From positions 3,627 through 67,626 of IMG/VR virus record IMGVR_UViG_3300033463_000105: a stretch of DNA of 64,000 bases. One strand, given 5' to 3'. The notes under the pieces were generated by a model. It was given only the letters and a program-made list of their open reading frames with translations, ran no database searches and had not been told where the DNA came from. Within the stretch, counting starts at the first letter, position 1, and the number at the start of each line of letters is the position of its first letter. Position numbers and translations under genes: made by a program. The DNA is from a virus. Shown here in pieces: positions 40,465 through 49,692 of the stretch.

Positions 40465-41805
40465 ATGGCAAAGTTTAACATCGACAAGGTAGAGGAAGCG
40501 TGTGCGGATTTCCGCCTCGCGATGGCACTGGGAGAGTACGGATCGCCAGGAGAGAAACTGGCAGCCAATCGCAACACCAAACGCATAATCGAGGATGTCC
40601 TGGACATCGTGGAAAAGGCAAACCGCGATACCGTCCTCAACCGGCAGCTCCAGCGTATCGTAGAGTTGCAGAAAGAACGCCTGGCTTCGAGCCCCGGTTC
40701 GTGGGCATATGAGAAAGCCGATCTGGAAATGGGGCATCTGATGCTCTCCGTCGCCACCATCCTCGCTCACGGACGGCTGAAAGGGTACATTCGGAATGAC
40801 TCAAAGTTCAAGGATGTGCATCTTGACCTCAAGGCAAGCATCGTCCGGTGGTACAACAAGAACGGGCTGACGATGGACAGGTTGTTGGATAGTCTGGATC
40901 GCATCACGGTTATCGGCATCAACAAGGACCACGATTACATCACGGTCTGCTTGGATGAGAAACTGGAACGAAAGATCATGAAAGATATCGCAGACCTGGC
41001 ATCGACAGCGGATGCTCAGGCTCTGGTTTCGGAGTCCTATACGGAACTGATGCAGTGGGTCGCAGAGGTGGACGAGAACACCGATGTGATGCACCTGCTG
41101 ATGCCTAGGCCGAAGCTGATTGAAAAGGATTGTATGTATGCCGACGGAGAGCTGAAGGATCGGGCATTGTGGCAGTACGGATGCACCAACGCGATTCATG
41201 AGAGCGGAGCGGCGGTTGGTCGGTATCTGGAATCCTTGGTCAAGAGAACCAAGAATGACATCGCACTTGATGACACGGAGGTCGACATCTACGATCCGGT
41301 CACGGGGGAAGATGTGACCATTCGGAAGTACCGCAGGGTTTCCCAGTATGCGATGGATGGTGATGCGGATGATATGCCCCAGCCGAACCAGGAGATGCAG
41401 GGTTTGATTGATCGGGTTCTCAAGAATGTCGATTTCACCCCCAAGCAGAGGACGATCTTCTATGACAGGTTTGTGAGGTGCTGGTCGACAAGCCACATCG
41501 CGGACAGCCTTGGCATATCGGTGGACAATCTGGATAAGACCTGGAACGATAAGATGATGCCTAAACTCCGCAGGTATTTCGGTGCGGAAAAGATAGAGCG
41601 GGCGTTCGAGAAGAAGGCGATTAGGGCGTATGACCGAGCGGAATACGAACTGAAAGGAACCAACGCCGATGCTGTTGGGTACTGGGAGTCCATCGGTCAG
41701 GCATCGGCAGAAACTGGTGTGAGGAAATCTCATATATCGGAATGCGTAAGAGGAAAGCGGTATTCGGCAGGCGGATATGTCTGGATCGAGGTATCCGCAA
41801 AGTAA
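40465..41805 (+). CDS. Regulator with sigma region-4-like HTH and C-terminal NUMOD1-like domain
   Basis: FTPKQRTIF...STSHIADSLGIS and WESIGQASAETG...ISEC.RGKRYSAGGYVW. Confidence 0.6.
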   Translation: MAKFNIDKVEEACADFRLAMALGEYGSPGEKLAANRNTKRIIEDVLDIVEKANRDTVLNRQLQRIVELQKERLASSPGSWAYEKADLEMGHLMLSVATILAHGRLKGYIRNDSKFKDVHLDLKASIVRWYNKNGLTMDRLLDSLDRITVIGINKDHDYITVCLDEKLERKIMKDIADLASTADAQALVSESYTELMQWVAEVDENTDVMHLLMPRPKLIEKDCMYADGELKDRALWQYGCTNAIHESGAAVGRYLESLVKRTKNDIALDDTEVDIYDPVTGEDVTIRKYRRVSQYAMDGDADDMPQPNQEMQGLIDRVLKNVDFTPKQRTIFYDRFVRCWSTSHIADSLGISVDNLDKTWNDKMMPKLRRYFGAEKIERAFEKKAIRAYDRAEYELKGTNADAVGYWESIGQASAETGVRKSHISECVRGKRYSAGGYVWIEVSAK

Positions 41806-41830
41806 GCCTGGAATCGCACAACATATCGGA

Positions 41831-41863
41831 ACTGGGGTGGTCTTCGCCACCCCAGTTTTTTTT
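41831..41863 (+). terminator. Intrinsic terminator
   Basis: ACTGGGGTGG/CCACCCCAGT plus T-run. Confidence 0.85.
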
Positions 41864-41871
41864 ATTCCTAT

Positions 41872-42021
41872 GACGCATCGTCTGTCGATGCTGCGTGGGG
41901 TGTTCCCACTTGTATGGTGTGAGGGAATCACACCGACGCAGGTGCCACTCACGCAGGACGCATCGTCTGTCGATGCTGCGTGGGGTGTTCCCACTTGTAT
42001 GGTGTGAGGGAATCACACCGA
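41872..42021 (+). repeat. Perfect 65-bp direct repeat x2, each copy with three hairpins
   Basis: 41872-41936 equals 41957-42021. Confidence 0.9.
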
Positions 42022-42067
42022 TCATTAAAGGGTTTCCGCTCCCGAGAACAAAAGCGGTCGCCACAAG

Positions 42068-42853
42068 ATGTGGCAGAAAGGAATCGTTATGGCAGGAATC
42101 AGAATGTTCGACATGCCCCTGAGCGATCTCAGGAATCTCGCAGTCGAGACTCTCAACAAATGGGAATCGTCTGACAGCGTCGAGGAGCGGAAGCAGCTCA
42201 ACGCGACGCTGGAGCAGATTGTTGAGCAGTACGCGGTCGACGCCAAGGCGGCGTGCTATCGTGCGGCTGTGAACAGCGGTGATCCGATGCGGTACGCCTG
42301 TGACCGGTACTTCTACGACGCCATCAGGGTCAAGGAAACCAAGGATCGCGAGACCGGCGAGGTCATCCGCTCCATCGAGGACGCCCAGAAGTCTATCGAC
42401 CTGGCAAACCTGCACGACAAGACCAAGGGCGGCATCGGGCGTGACCACCTGTGGGTCGACCGCATCAAGGCGTTCAACTTCTACCTGACCCTTCGTGCCG
42501 CCGATCGCCTGGGTGACGGAACGATGGGCGAGCTTCTCCGGAAGTACCCCGATGTCTACAAGCTGAGCGAAGCCGCCAAGACTCTCCTCAAGGGCGAACT
42601 GACCGAGGAGTCCCTCATCGCCTCGATCGACGAGATCATCAAGGGCATGATCGGTGACGAGTACACGGCCGATGAGAAAGACCTGCACGAACTCCAGGAT
42701 AACTACATCAGCAACGACCGGAAGAGCAAGACCAATGTCAATGCGGCTAACCATCGCACGCTGGTCGAAATCTTCAAGAAGATGTGCTATCGGCACATCA
42801 ATGGGCTTCCCGGCTACGGGGTCGTCACCCGCGAGCTGAAGAAGCAGCAGTAA
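42068..42853 (+). CDS. Hypothetical protein (strong codon bias)
   Basis: RBS suggests a start near 42089 (MAGIR). Confidence 0.75.
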   Translation: MWQKGIVMAGIRMFDMPLSDLRNLAVETLNKWESSDSVEERKQLNATLEQIVEQYAVDAKAACYRAAVNSGDPMRYACDRYFYDAIRVKETKDRETGEVIRSIEDAQKSIDLANLHDKTKGGIGRDHLWVDRIKAFNFYLTLRAADRLGDGTMGELLRKYPDVYKLSEAAKTLLKGELTEESLIASIDEIIKGMIGDEYTADEKDLHELQDNYISNDRKSKTNVNAANHRTLVEIFKKMCYRHINGLPGYGVVTRELKKQQ

Positions 42854-42971
42854 TCCGCAATCGCGGGCATCCGCCCGCATAAACTCAGATCGAGCGGCCG
42901 AGCAATAGTTCGGCCGCTTTGTTGTGGGTTTATGCTCATAAATAATAAATCGGAAAGGGAGTAGTTTTTCA

Positions 42972-43328
42972 ATGGCAGTATCGTTTCTGGGAGAATGGGA
43001 CTATAAGCCCGATCAGCTCCGTACATTCGTAATCGCCATCAATGGGCAGGATGCACAGGATCGCATTACCGCGATTCAGAATGATCTTATGGCTATTCGT
43101 CAGAAGATCTCGGATATCGCACTCCGTCTGACCGCAGACGACTGCTGGGTTTCCGAGGAATTTGCCGACCACGCTGGGTGGACTGGCAAGTTCGAGCGGT
43201 CCGATCCTGGTTTCAAGCATACCGGAGAATCGGTGCAACTCAAGGACGGATCGTGGCGGGAAATCTTTGACACGGTCGCCATGCTCGTGGCTGAGGTCGA
43301 CCCGGACAACACCTTCGTCGCCTTCTGA
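42972..43328 (+). CDS. Hypothetical protein
   Basis: ORF with RBS. Confidence 0.65.
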   Translation: MAVSFLGEWDYKPDQLRTFVIAINGQDAQDRITAIQNDLMAIRQKISDIALRLTADDCWVSEEFADHAGWTGKFERSDPGFKHTGESVQLKDGSWREIFDTVAMLVAEVDPDNTFVAF

Positions 43329-43330
43329 CT

Positions 43331-43780
43331 ATGGTAATCGACGCCGGAACCCGCCCGAATAGGTCGGGTTTTTTATATCACGACGAAAGGAGATGTGCGT
43401 CAGTGATCGAGAGAAACGGCATTACAATCGTTGACCTGCCAAACGGCGACCAGGTCACGATTAGTAAGTGTCATGTTCGCTCAAAGGATTATCTGGTCGG
43501 GTTGCGGAAACTCGGTATCGCGATAATCCTGAGAGCAATCGTAGACAAGAAGCTCTATACCGAAGAGCTGGAATCGTTGCCTGCGAGCCGTATCAAACGG
43601 ATAAGAAATCTCGAAAGGGAACTCGCAATAATCGACGAGTTCTTCGAGTCACCAGAGTTCGAGTTCTGGTGCGGGTCGTCGGAATCAGCGGAATTAATTC
43701 GCAACGGAATGGACACCGTTCCCGTCGAACGGGTTCTCAAAGGGTATGAAAACATCGTAGGGGGTTTCGCAAATGTGTAA
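43331..43780 (+). CDS. Hypothetical protein
   Basis: ORF; true start probably downstream of the AAGGAG near 43390. Confidence 0.55.
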   Translation: MVIDAGTRPNRSGFLYHDERRCASVIERNGITIVDLPNGDQVTISKCHVRSKDYLVGLRKLGIAIILRAIVDKKLYTEELESLPASRIKRIRNLERELAIIDEFFESPEFEFWCGSSESAELIRNGMDTVPVERVLKGYENIVGGFANV

Positions 43781-44114
43781 GAAGAAATCGGCGAGGTTTT
43801 TCACAATCCTCGTGTTCGCCCTGGTTTTAGTGGGGCTTGTCATAGTCGGATACTTTCATATCAGCACCGCAATTCGCCCAGCTGATCAGAATCTGTATCC
43901 TAGAGCGGGCGAGGTCGTAGGGGTTTTCTATAAAGCCGATACTGTCGTGTGGATCGACAGGGCTGGGAACTCCTGGTCGTTCACTGGGTGTGACGACTGG
44001 GAAATAGGAGATGAGATTGTGTGTGTCATGGATTCGATGGGCACTGATGAGATTTATGATGACGCGATTGTCAAGGCATACTATATGGAGCCGATGAAGA
44101 CTATCGGCAAATAA
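43773..44114 (+). CDS. Membrane-anchored hypothetical protein
   Basis: N-terminal TM helix; MDSMGTDEIYDD.I motif. Confidence 0.65.
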   Translation: MCKKKSARFFTILVFALVLVGLVIVGYFHISTAIRPADQNLYPRAGEVVGVFYKADTVVWIDRAGNSWSFTGCDDWEIGDEIVCVMDSMGTDEIYDDAIVKAYYMEPMKTIGK

Positions 44115-44461
44115 GAGAGGGATTTTTATGATGTTCTTCGTTGGGTTATTCGCCTGGGTTTTTGCCATCATCGCCGTTGGTGCGGCTATCTATGGCGTCG
44201 GAGTTCTTCTGTATCGGAACAGCAAGGGCTTTCGCGATAAATTGGAAGCGTATTACGAAACGCTTCCCCAGTATTGGGAGGACGATGAATGACTTACAAA
44301 ATCGAGAAGTGGTTTAATGGCGGCTGGCTTACGGTCGCCTCTGGTATGCCGTACTTTACGGCAGTCGACTGCGTGACGGTTTTTAGCCGCCGTGTTCCCG
44401 GTCGCTACCGGATGATCAACGAGAAGAACAACGATATCGAGTGGGAGACCACCGAATAAAT

Positions 44462-45050
44462 TAACATGGGAGCCGCACGAACTTCCTTTCTTTCCGACTT
44501 GTTCTACATCAACTCCTTTCTATTTCGGAATGTGCGGCTGCTTAATCGGGGTGGGGATTAAGCGAGGGCAAGTCCCGGGGCGTTTCGCCCAACGCAGAAC
44601 GGGCGGGGACTTTCGGCAAGACGCAGGGTGGGGTTTGCCGAGTTAATCAATCGGGGCGTGAGTTTTGGTGGTTTCTCACGCCCCGCCTTTCTGAAGCGAG
44701 GTTCGTGGACGGTAAAATTCCGTCGGGCTTTTGCCTAACGCTTATAACTCAGAAGGGGCTTGAGCGGAACCGATCACTCCGCGCTTCTCTTCTGGGCGTT
44801 GAGGACACTACGATAGTGTGCCCGAGGGAATGCTACCTCATCGGAAGTGCATCCTGCGTGTGGAGATGGATTCTGTCGCCTGCGACGGAACGGGTAAACA
44901 CGACGTACGAAAGATGTTGGTTCACTTAGGCCACCGAGCAGATGGGATGCGATTATAATCTATCCCATGGGTTTTAATCGTGCTGTTGGTTGGGCTGCTG
45001 GCTCGCCGTCGGTGGTCAAAGCGAGCAAACATCAAACAAAGGGGAGGAAT
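44462..45050 (+). ncRNA. Putative structured ncRNA region
   Basis: No credible ORF; dense series of GC-rich hairpins; anti-SD motifs in the first stem-loop. Confidence 0.45.
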
Positions 45051-45333
45051 TTGAAATGTTGGTTATCGTATTTCACGCAGACGGAACAGTCGAGGACTAC
45101 TATGAGGATATCCTCGAAGAGCAGGAAGAAGAGGCAGAAGAATGAGAATGACCACATACGAAAATGAAACAAACCTTGGTTTTTACAAGGTTACTTTCAT
45201 CAACGAACAGGGAATCCGCTTAGTCCGCGGATTCGACTCGCCGTATGAGGCGAGGAAATTCGTCCAGAAGATACGCAAAAGCAGCCGGTGTACGCTAGTT
45301 TCGTACACCGGTTTTTGAACGGAGGAATCAAAG

Positions 45334-45573
45334 ATGAGGCTAATCAACGCCGATGAAATTCGTTATGTGATGGGAAGTACAGATACAAGCGAACTGGACT
45401 ATGTAAGGAGATATGCTATAGACAGGATTCCGACTGTGGATGCAGTTCCTGTTGTACGATGCAGAAACTGCGCGTTTTCTGAAGAAAGCAAAAGTGAAAT
45501 CGAAAACAGGTGGTGCCATAAGCACGTCGAATATGTCCCAAATGACTACTACTGTGCGGGAGGAAAACGATGA
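45334..45573 (+). CDS. MRLIDAD/VVRCxxC family Zn-binding protein
   Basis: Paralog of the 61.9-64 kb genes. Confidence 0.7.
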   Translation: MRLINADEIRYVMGSTDTSELDYVRRYAIDRIPTVDAVPVVRCRNCAFSEESKSEIENRWCHKHVEYVPNDYYCAGGKR

Positions 45574-45770
45574 GAGACAAGAATCGCATTTACGAGTTCG
45601 TGATGAAGCTATGTATGCTCTGGATGAGGTATCCGGACACGAGGTTCGGGCAACTCGTAGCAGACATTGCCGCCTATGGCGACTACGAAGACCTCTTTTA
45701 TGTAGAGGACGGGGAAATACTCGGAGTCATTGAGGCGATACTCGAGGCATCTGCAGAGGAATCGAAATGA
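45570..45770 (+). CDS. Hypothetical protein
   Basis: W..YPD.RFGQL....DLFYVED motif; coupled. Confidence 0.65.
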   Translation: MRDKNRIYEFVMKLCMLWMRYPDTRFGQLVADIAAYGDYEDLFYVEDGEILGVIEAILEASAEESK

Positions 45771-45932
45771 AAGAGGTAACTCGATGGGTAATCAAGGCTG
45801 ACGGCAAAGTCGTCGGCTATGAATACAGCCTCAAAAAAGCGAACCGCTTTGCGGGAGACTACGCCGAAAAAGTGCATTGGCAAGACGACCCGTGGTTCCC
45901 AAAGATGACAGTAGAAAAGGAGACGATTTCTG

Positions 45933-46154
45933 ATGAATGATATCATAATCATTTTCCGCGATATTCACGGGAGAGTTTACTCCTATGACTTCGATTGTGC
46001 GGATACGGCACTGGATTTTATTTGCTGTGAGTTGGAAGACAGCTATGGCGAACTGGAAATTCTGTTTGTGAAGCACGACGGGTGTTGTGTGTACTCCGCT
46101 CTCGGGAGCGACAAGCCTCTCTGCTTCGAGGACTTAATCGGATATCTATGTTGA
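45933..46154 (+). CDS. Hypothetical protein
   Basis: ORF with RBS. Confidence 0.55.
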   Translation: MNDIIIIFRDIHGRVYSYDFDCADTALDFICCELEDSYGELEILFVKHDGCCVYSALGSDKPLCFEDLIGYLC

Positions 46155-46157
46155 GGA

Positions 46158-46481
46158 GTGATTCAAGTGACAAAAGGGACGATAGACTACCTGCTCTGGT
46201 GCGAAGACCGCAACGCAGGGCTTCACAAAATCCTCAGCCGGTGCTTAAAGGCACAGGACGAAACCGGAATTGAGATGTTTATGAACTGGCTTCCGCATAC
46301 AGAGGGGGTCGACATCTATGCCTACAACACCGAGTCCGATGGTAGATGGCACGGCGAAGACAGCGAATACAAAAGCGTGACACAGAAGTTTTTCACCTAC
46401 GATACACCGCCGGAAGTAACGGCGGATGAGATCGTCAGAAACATCCAGGAATTCCTTGATTCATTGGAGGCGATGAAATGA
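46158..46481 (+). CDS. Hypothetical protein
   Basis: ORF in operon. Confidence 0.55.
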   Translation: MIQVTKGTIDYLLWCEDRNAGLHKILSRCLKAQDETGIEMFMNWLPHTEGVDIYAYNTESDGRWHGEDSEYKSVTQKFFTYDTPPEVTADEIVRNIQEFLDSLEAMK

Positions 46482-46966
46482 AAGAGGTAAAACAGTATGT
46501 CGCGTTTGACGGAGAGGTTTTCGACTCAAAGGAAGAGTGCCTGAAGTACGAATTCACATTCAAGAGGATTCCGTCTTCCGTCCGGTTTTTCGACATAGAC
46601 AAGAACGAAATCCAGATTAATATCGATGACAACTGCAGTATAGACGATATTGACAAGATTATGGAGAGCGTTTATGACAAAGCGTTTTTCATGTTTCTCG
46701 TAGACACACCGAGTCTGCAGGACGACATCAATACCATGTATGAAAGATGGGGATTCCCCGATGAATTCAGATATGCATCCGACGAAGATAGAAGCTATCG
46801 CTTCTATGAACTCTCGGGTGGTGTTGCACCGGGCTTATATGAATACAGCAATGAGACATGGTGCGAATGGGTCAAAATCGATCTCAAGCGTGAGGAAGAA
46901 GACCTCGAAGCCGCAAGGCAGAGGATTCTTGGAATAAAAGAAATGCTAAAGGGGGCGAATCTGTGA
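46478..46966 (+). CDS. Hypothetical acidic protein
   Basis: YVAFDGEVFDSKEECLKYE N-terminus; coupled. Confidence 0.65.
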   Translation: MKEVKQYVAFDGEVFDSKEECLKYEFTFKRIPSSVRFFDIDKNEIQINIDDNCSIDDIDKIMESVYDKAFFMFLVDTPSLQDDINTMYERWGFPDEFRYASDEDRSYRFYELSGGVAPGLYEYSNETWCEWVKIDLKREEEDLEAARQRILGIKEMLKGANL

Positions 46967-47250
46967 AACCTACATTCAACAAAGATGAATTGATTACGAA
47001 AATCAACTCGGAATCCGGCTTTCCGAGCTGGGTTGTGAGGGCAGTCGTAGACCGTACGTTCAGTCTGATCGTATCTGCACTCGCACAGGGGCAGAAAGTG
47101 CAGATTAACAACTTCGGTTCCTTTGAAGCAAAGAGTCGGGCACCTAGAGTGGGGCGGAATCCACACACAGGGCAGGCAGTCCCGATTCCTGCAAGAGTAA
47201 CGCCGGTATTCAAGCCGGCTCCGGCGATGAAAGATAGGGTGGGAAAATGA
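46963..47250 (+). CDS. hup: HU family DNA-binding protein
   Basis: NKDELI...VQINNFGSF...RAPRVGRNPHTG..V.IPA...P.FKP. Confidence 0.9.
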   Translation: MKPTFNKDELITKINSESGFPSWVVRAVVDRTFSLIVSALAQGQKVQINNFGSFEAKSRAPRVGRNPHTGQAVPIPARVTPVFKPAPAMKDRVGK

Positions 47251-47585
47251 GTAAAGTCAAATCGTTTACCCCGTACTCAAAATATGTATTCAAGAAGTGT
47301 ATAGAGTGGCGTGTGGATTTTCCTAATCGTCGCACAGAGAGAGGCGATGTGGAATATGTGGCAAGTGAATTCTGCAATGATGGTTTGTATTATCCGTTCA
47401 ACTGCAACGATAGCGGTGAACACGACATCCCGTGGCATGAGCATTCGTTTCACAGGGTTGTAGAAAACGCGTTAGAATATCCGGACACGTTCAGTATCGA
47501 CGGCTTTGAAGAATACTATTCCGAACAAGAGCGAACTTTTTTAATCAATATCCGCAACAAGTATGCCAGTATCAGAGAGGGGTAA
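47247..47585 (+). CDS. Hypothetical protein
   Basis: Coupled ORF. Confidence 0.6.
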   Translation: MSKVKSFTPYSKYVFKKCIEWRVDFPNRRTERGDVEYVASEFCNDGLYYPFNCNDSGEHDIPWHEHSFHRVVENALEYPDTFSIDGFEEYYSEQERTFLINIRNKYASIREG

Positions 47586-47591
47586 TGAAAA

Positions 47592-48206
47592 GTGAACATT
47601 ATAAGCTGCCCGCCAAGCGACGTGTATGACCTCTTCTGTGAGGTCAAGGACGTCAACGATATGTTTGAGTTGGCTAGGAACGACTCGTACGGTGTGGTTA
47701 TCTACATCGGTCAAGCATATGGCGGACCGGAATTCATCGTGGAAATCGATGATGAGCCGGTGTACTCAGAATGCTACTGCGAGCGTGAGGGATATGAAGA
47801 CACCGAGGCTCCGATATGGTGCAGGGAACGGGCAATCAAGCTGTATGATACCTGCCTGTCAGCGTATGTCCTCGACCTGCTAGATGGCGAGGTTTCGCTG
47901 GAAGATGATGACGAGGAGCGGAACATAGAAGCCGAGATGGAAGACAGGGAATTTGAGTTGGATGACTCATTCGACACGGTGCTGTATATGGCACTGAGGA
48001 ATTCCGGTGTTTCACTTTCTATGGAAGATGAGGAGAAAATCAAAGACGACCTCAAGGAGCGATGTCTTGAGTATCTCGCTCGCCAGTACAAGATTCCCAT
48101 CTGGCGACCCATGCATCTCGTCGGAGAAGACGGCGAGGAGTTCCTTGAGGAATATCCGTACGAGCACATGATTTTCGACGAGAAAGATGTTAATAAGATT
48201 TTCTGA
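47592..48206 (+). CDS. Acidic hypothetical protein
   Basis: 204-aa ORF. Confidence 0.65.
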   Translation: MNIISCPPSDVYDLFCEVKDVNDMFELARNDSYGVVIYIGQAYGGPEFIVEIDDEPVYSECYCEREGYEDTEAPIWCRERAIKLYDTCLSAYVLDLLDGEVSLEDDDEERNIEAEMEDREFELDDSFDTVLYMALRNSGVSLSMEDEEKIKDDLKERCLEYLARQYKIPIWRPMHLVGEDGEEFLEEYPYEHMIFDEKDVNKIF

Positions 48207-48379
48207 TGGCACCCGATGCGGTGCATTTTTCATGCCTTCGGGGCTTTCCTCCCTTCTTCCCGAAGGCAATGCCACCCAACAGCACGGCTTCCGGACAATT
48301 CCTATGCCATAGGGAATCGCAGTCCAAGCGGGGGCGGGTAACGCTAACAGTGACTATAGAGTAAAAGGAGTAGAAAAGT

Positions 48380-48778
48380 ATGGCGAAAATCACGATTGCA
48401 GGCGAGGCGGTAGTTATCACTTCCGCACTCAAGAGGGAGGACATCGAGCTGCTCGAGAAGTACAGACCCGATGCGCTTATCCTGAAGGGCGGAGAGGACG
48501 GCAAGAAGCCCATCTTCCGCGTCGCCACAACTTCCGGCATGGGTGACATCAACAAGTTTGGTGCCGCTTTCGGCGGGGTAACCCATGACGGAGCCGGTCT
48601 CGCGACCATCACCCTTGTTGGTGGCGTTTCCGGTGAGGATGTCCGCGAAGCTGTTGCCGAGAAAGTCGGCACGGCTATCCTCAATCTCAACAAGCTCGAG
48701 GAGTCCCTCCCCGCAGTTCTTGAAGAGATTTCTGCGGAAAAGGCTGCGATTCTGGCCAACATCGAAGTGGCTCAGTAA
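48380..48778 (+). CDS. Hypothetical protein preceding the Ubl gene
   Basis: RBS AAGGAG and strong codon bias. Confidence 0.75.
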   Translation: MAKITIAGEAVVITSALKREDIELLEKYRPDALILKGGEDGKKPIFRVATTSGMGDINKFGAAFGGVTHDGAGLATITLVGGVSGEDVREAVAEKVGTAILNLNKLEESLPAVLEEISAEKAAILANIEVAQ

Positions 48779-48911
48779 GCAACCATCACCTCCATGGCTG
48801 TTCCCAATAAGCGATGAGCCGCAGCCAATCCCGCGGGATAACGAAAAGGGATAAACCGCGGTCAATCTACATCAAAATCTATAAAAAATATTTTTACAAA
48901 GGAGAATTATC

Positions 48912-49139
48912 ATGATTCAGGTATCCATCAGAACTAACGTAGAGCGTATCGAGCCCATCGTCTCCCCCGAGACCACTGTCCGTCAGCTCCTTGAGGAGTA
49001 TGAAATCGATTACACCCGCCAGATGATCACCATCGATGGTGTCAAGCTGGGTGTCGGTGATTTCGACAAGTCCTTCGGCGAGCTGGGCATCACCGAGCGG
49101 TGCTTCCTGTCCGGCGTAACGAAGACGGACAACGCCTAA
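48912..49139 (+). CDS. Ubiquitin-like (beta-grasp) protein
   Basis: 75 aa: VSPETTVRQLL...ITIDG..L...DKSFGELGI; near E2-like, JAB and E1 genes. Confidence 0.7.
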   Translation: MIQVSIRTNVERIEPIVSPETTVRQLLEEYEIDYTRQMITIDGVKLGVGDFDKSFGELGITERCFLSGVTKTDNA

Positions 49140-49170
49140 CACATTCGGGGCGGATTTTCCGCCCCATTAT

Positions 49171-49253
49171 GGGGGATTGATGAAATTGGCAGACATAGCA
49201 GACTTAAAATCTGCGGTTAATTCGTGCCGGTTCGAGTCCGGCATCCCCCACCA
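49171..49253 (+). tRNA. tRNA-Leu (anticodon TAA)
   Basis: Acceptor GGGGGAT/ATCCCCC, anticodon arm GCAGA-CTTAAAA-TCTGC, T arm GCCGG-TTCGAGT-CCGGC, encoded CCA. Confidence 0.9.
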
Positions 49254-49275
49254 CATTATAAGAGGGAGGAACTAT

Positions 49276-49680
49276 ATGAATAATAATTATAGGTACGAAC
49301 TTCTCGTTGGAGACAAGTTCGGAGTGAGATGCGTAACCGTTGGATTTGGCGGGAGAAATCAAAAGTTCTATCTGTGGAAGGTAGACAAGCTCGACGAAGA
49401 AAATATAGGGGTAAAATATACGGTTCTGAAAATCCCGAGACATAGCGATGAAAGGCTCTATTACCTCTATGAATTTGAAAAAACGCTCACTTTTGAGGAT
49501 GTGATGAAGTGCATCGGGTTTGAATATGTTGATGGCAGGACGGTTATTGATGGAGAGTTTATTCCAAAATCGTCTATCGGCAAAACACTACGGGAATTAG
49601 TGCCAACTCCGAACAGAAGACAACATGCGTTAATCAACTGTGATTCGCAACCGGAAAACACAACGGTAATTTTTATTTAA
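49276..49680 (+). CDS. Hypothetical protein
   Basis: Start reassigned to ATG 49276 (RBS GGAGG), downstream of the tRNA. Confidence 0.6.
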   Translation: MNNNYRYELLVGDKFGVRCVTVGFGGRNQKFYLWKVDKLDEENIGVKYTVLKIPRHSDERLYYLYEFEKTLTFEDVMKCIGFEYVDGRTVIDGEFIPKSSIGKTLRELVPTPNRRQHALINCDSQPENTTVIFI

Positions 49681-49692
49681 GGGAGGCAAAAT

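Noticed and set aside
41872-42021. Mini CRISPR array
   Set aside because: Only two copies; a 65-bp repeat with a 20-bp spacer is outside CRISPR geometry.
40801-42880. Long minus-strand ORFs (397 and 419 aa) and similar shadow ORFs elsewhere
   Set aside because: They are antisense to codon-biased genes with good RBSs; a typical high-GC3 artefact.
49177-49275. N-terminal extension of ORF 49177..49680
   Set aside because: It overlaps the tRNA-Leu; the RBS supports a start at 49276.
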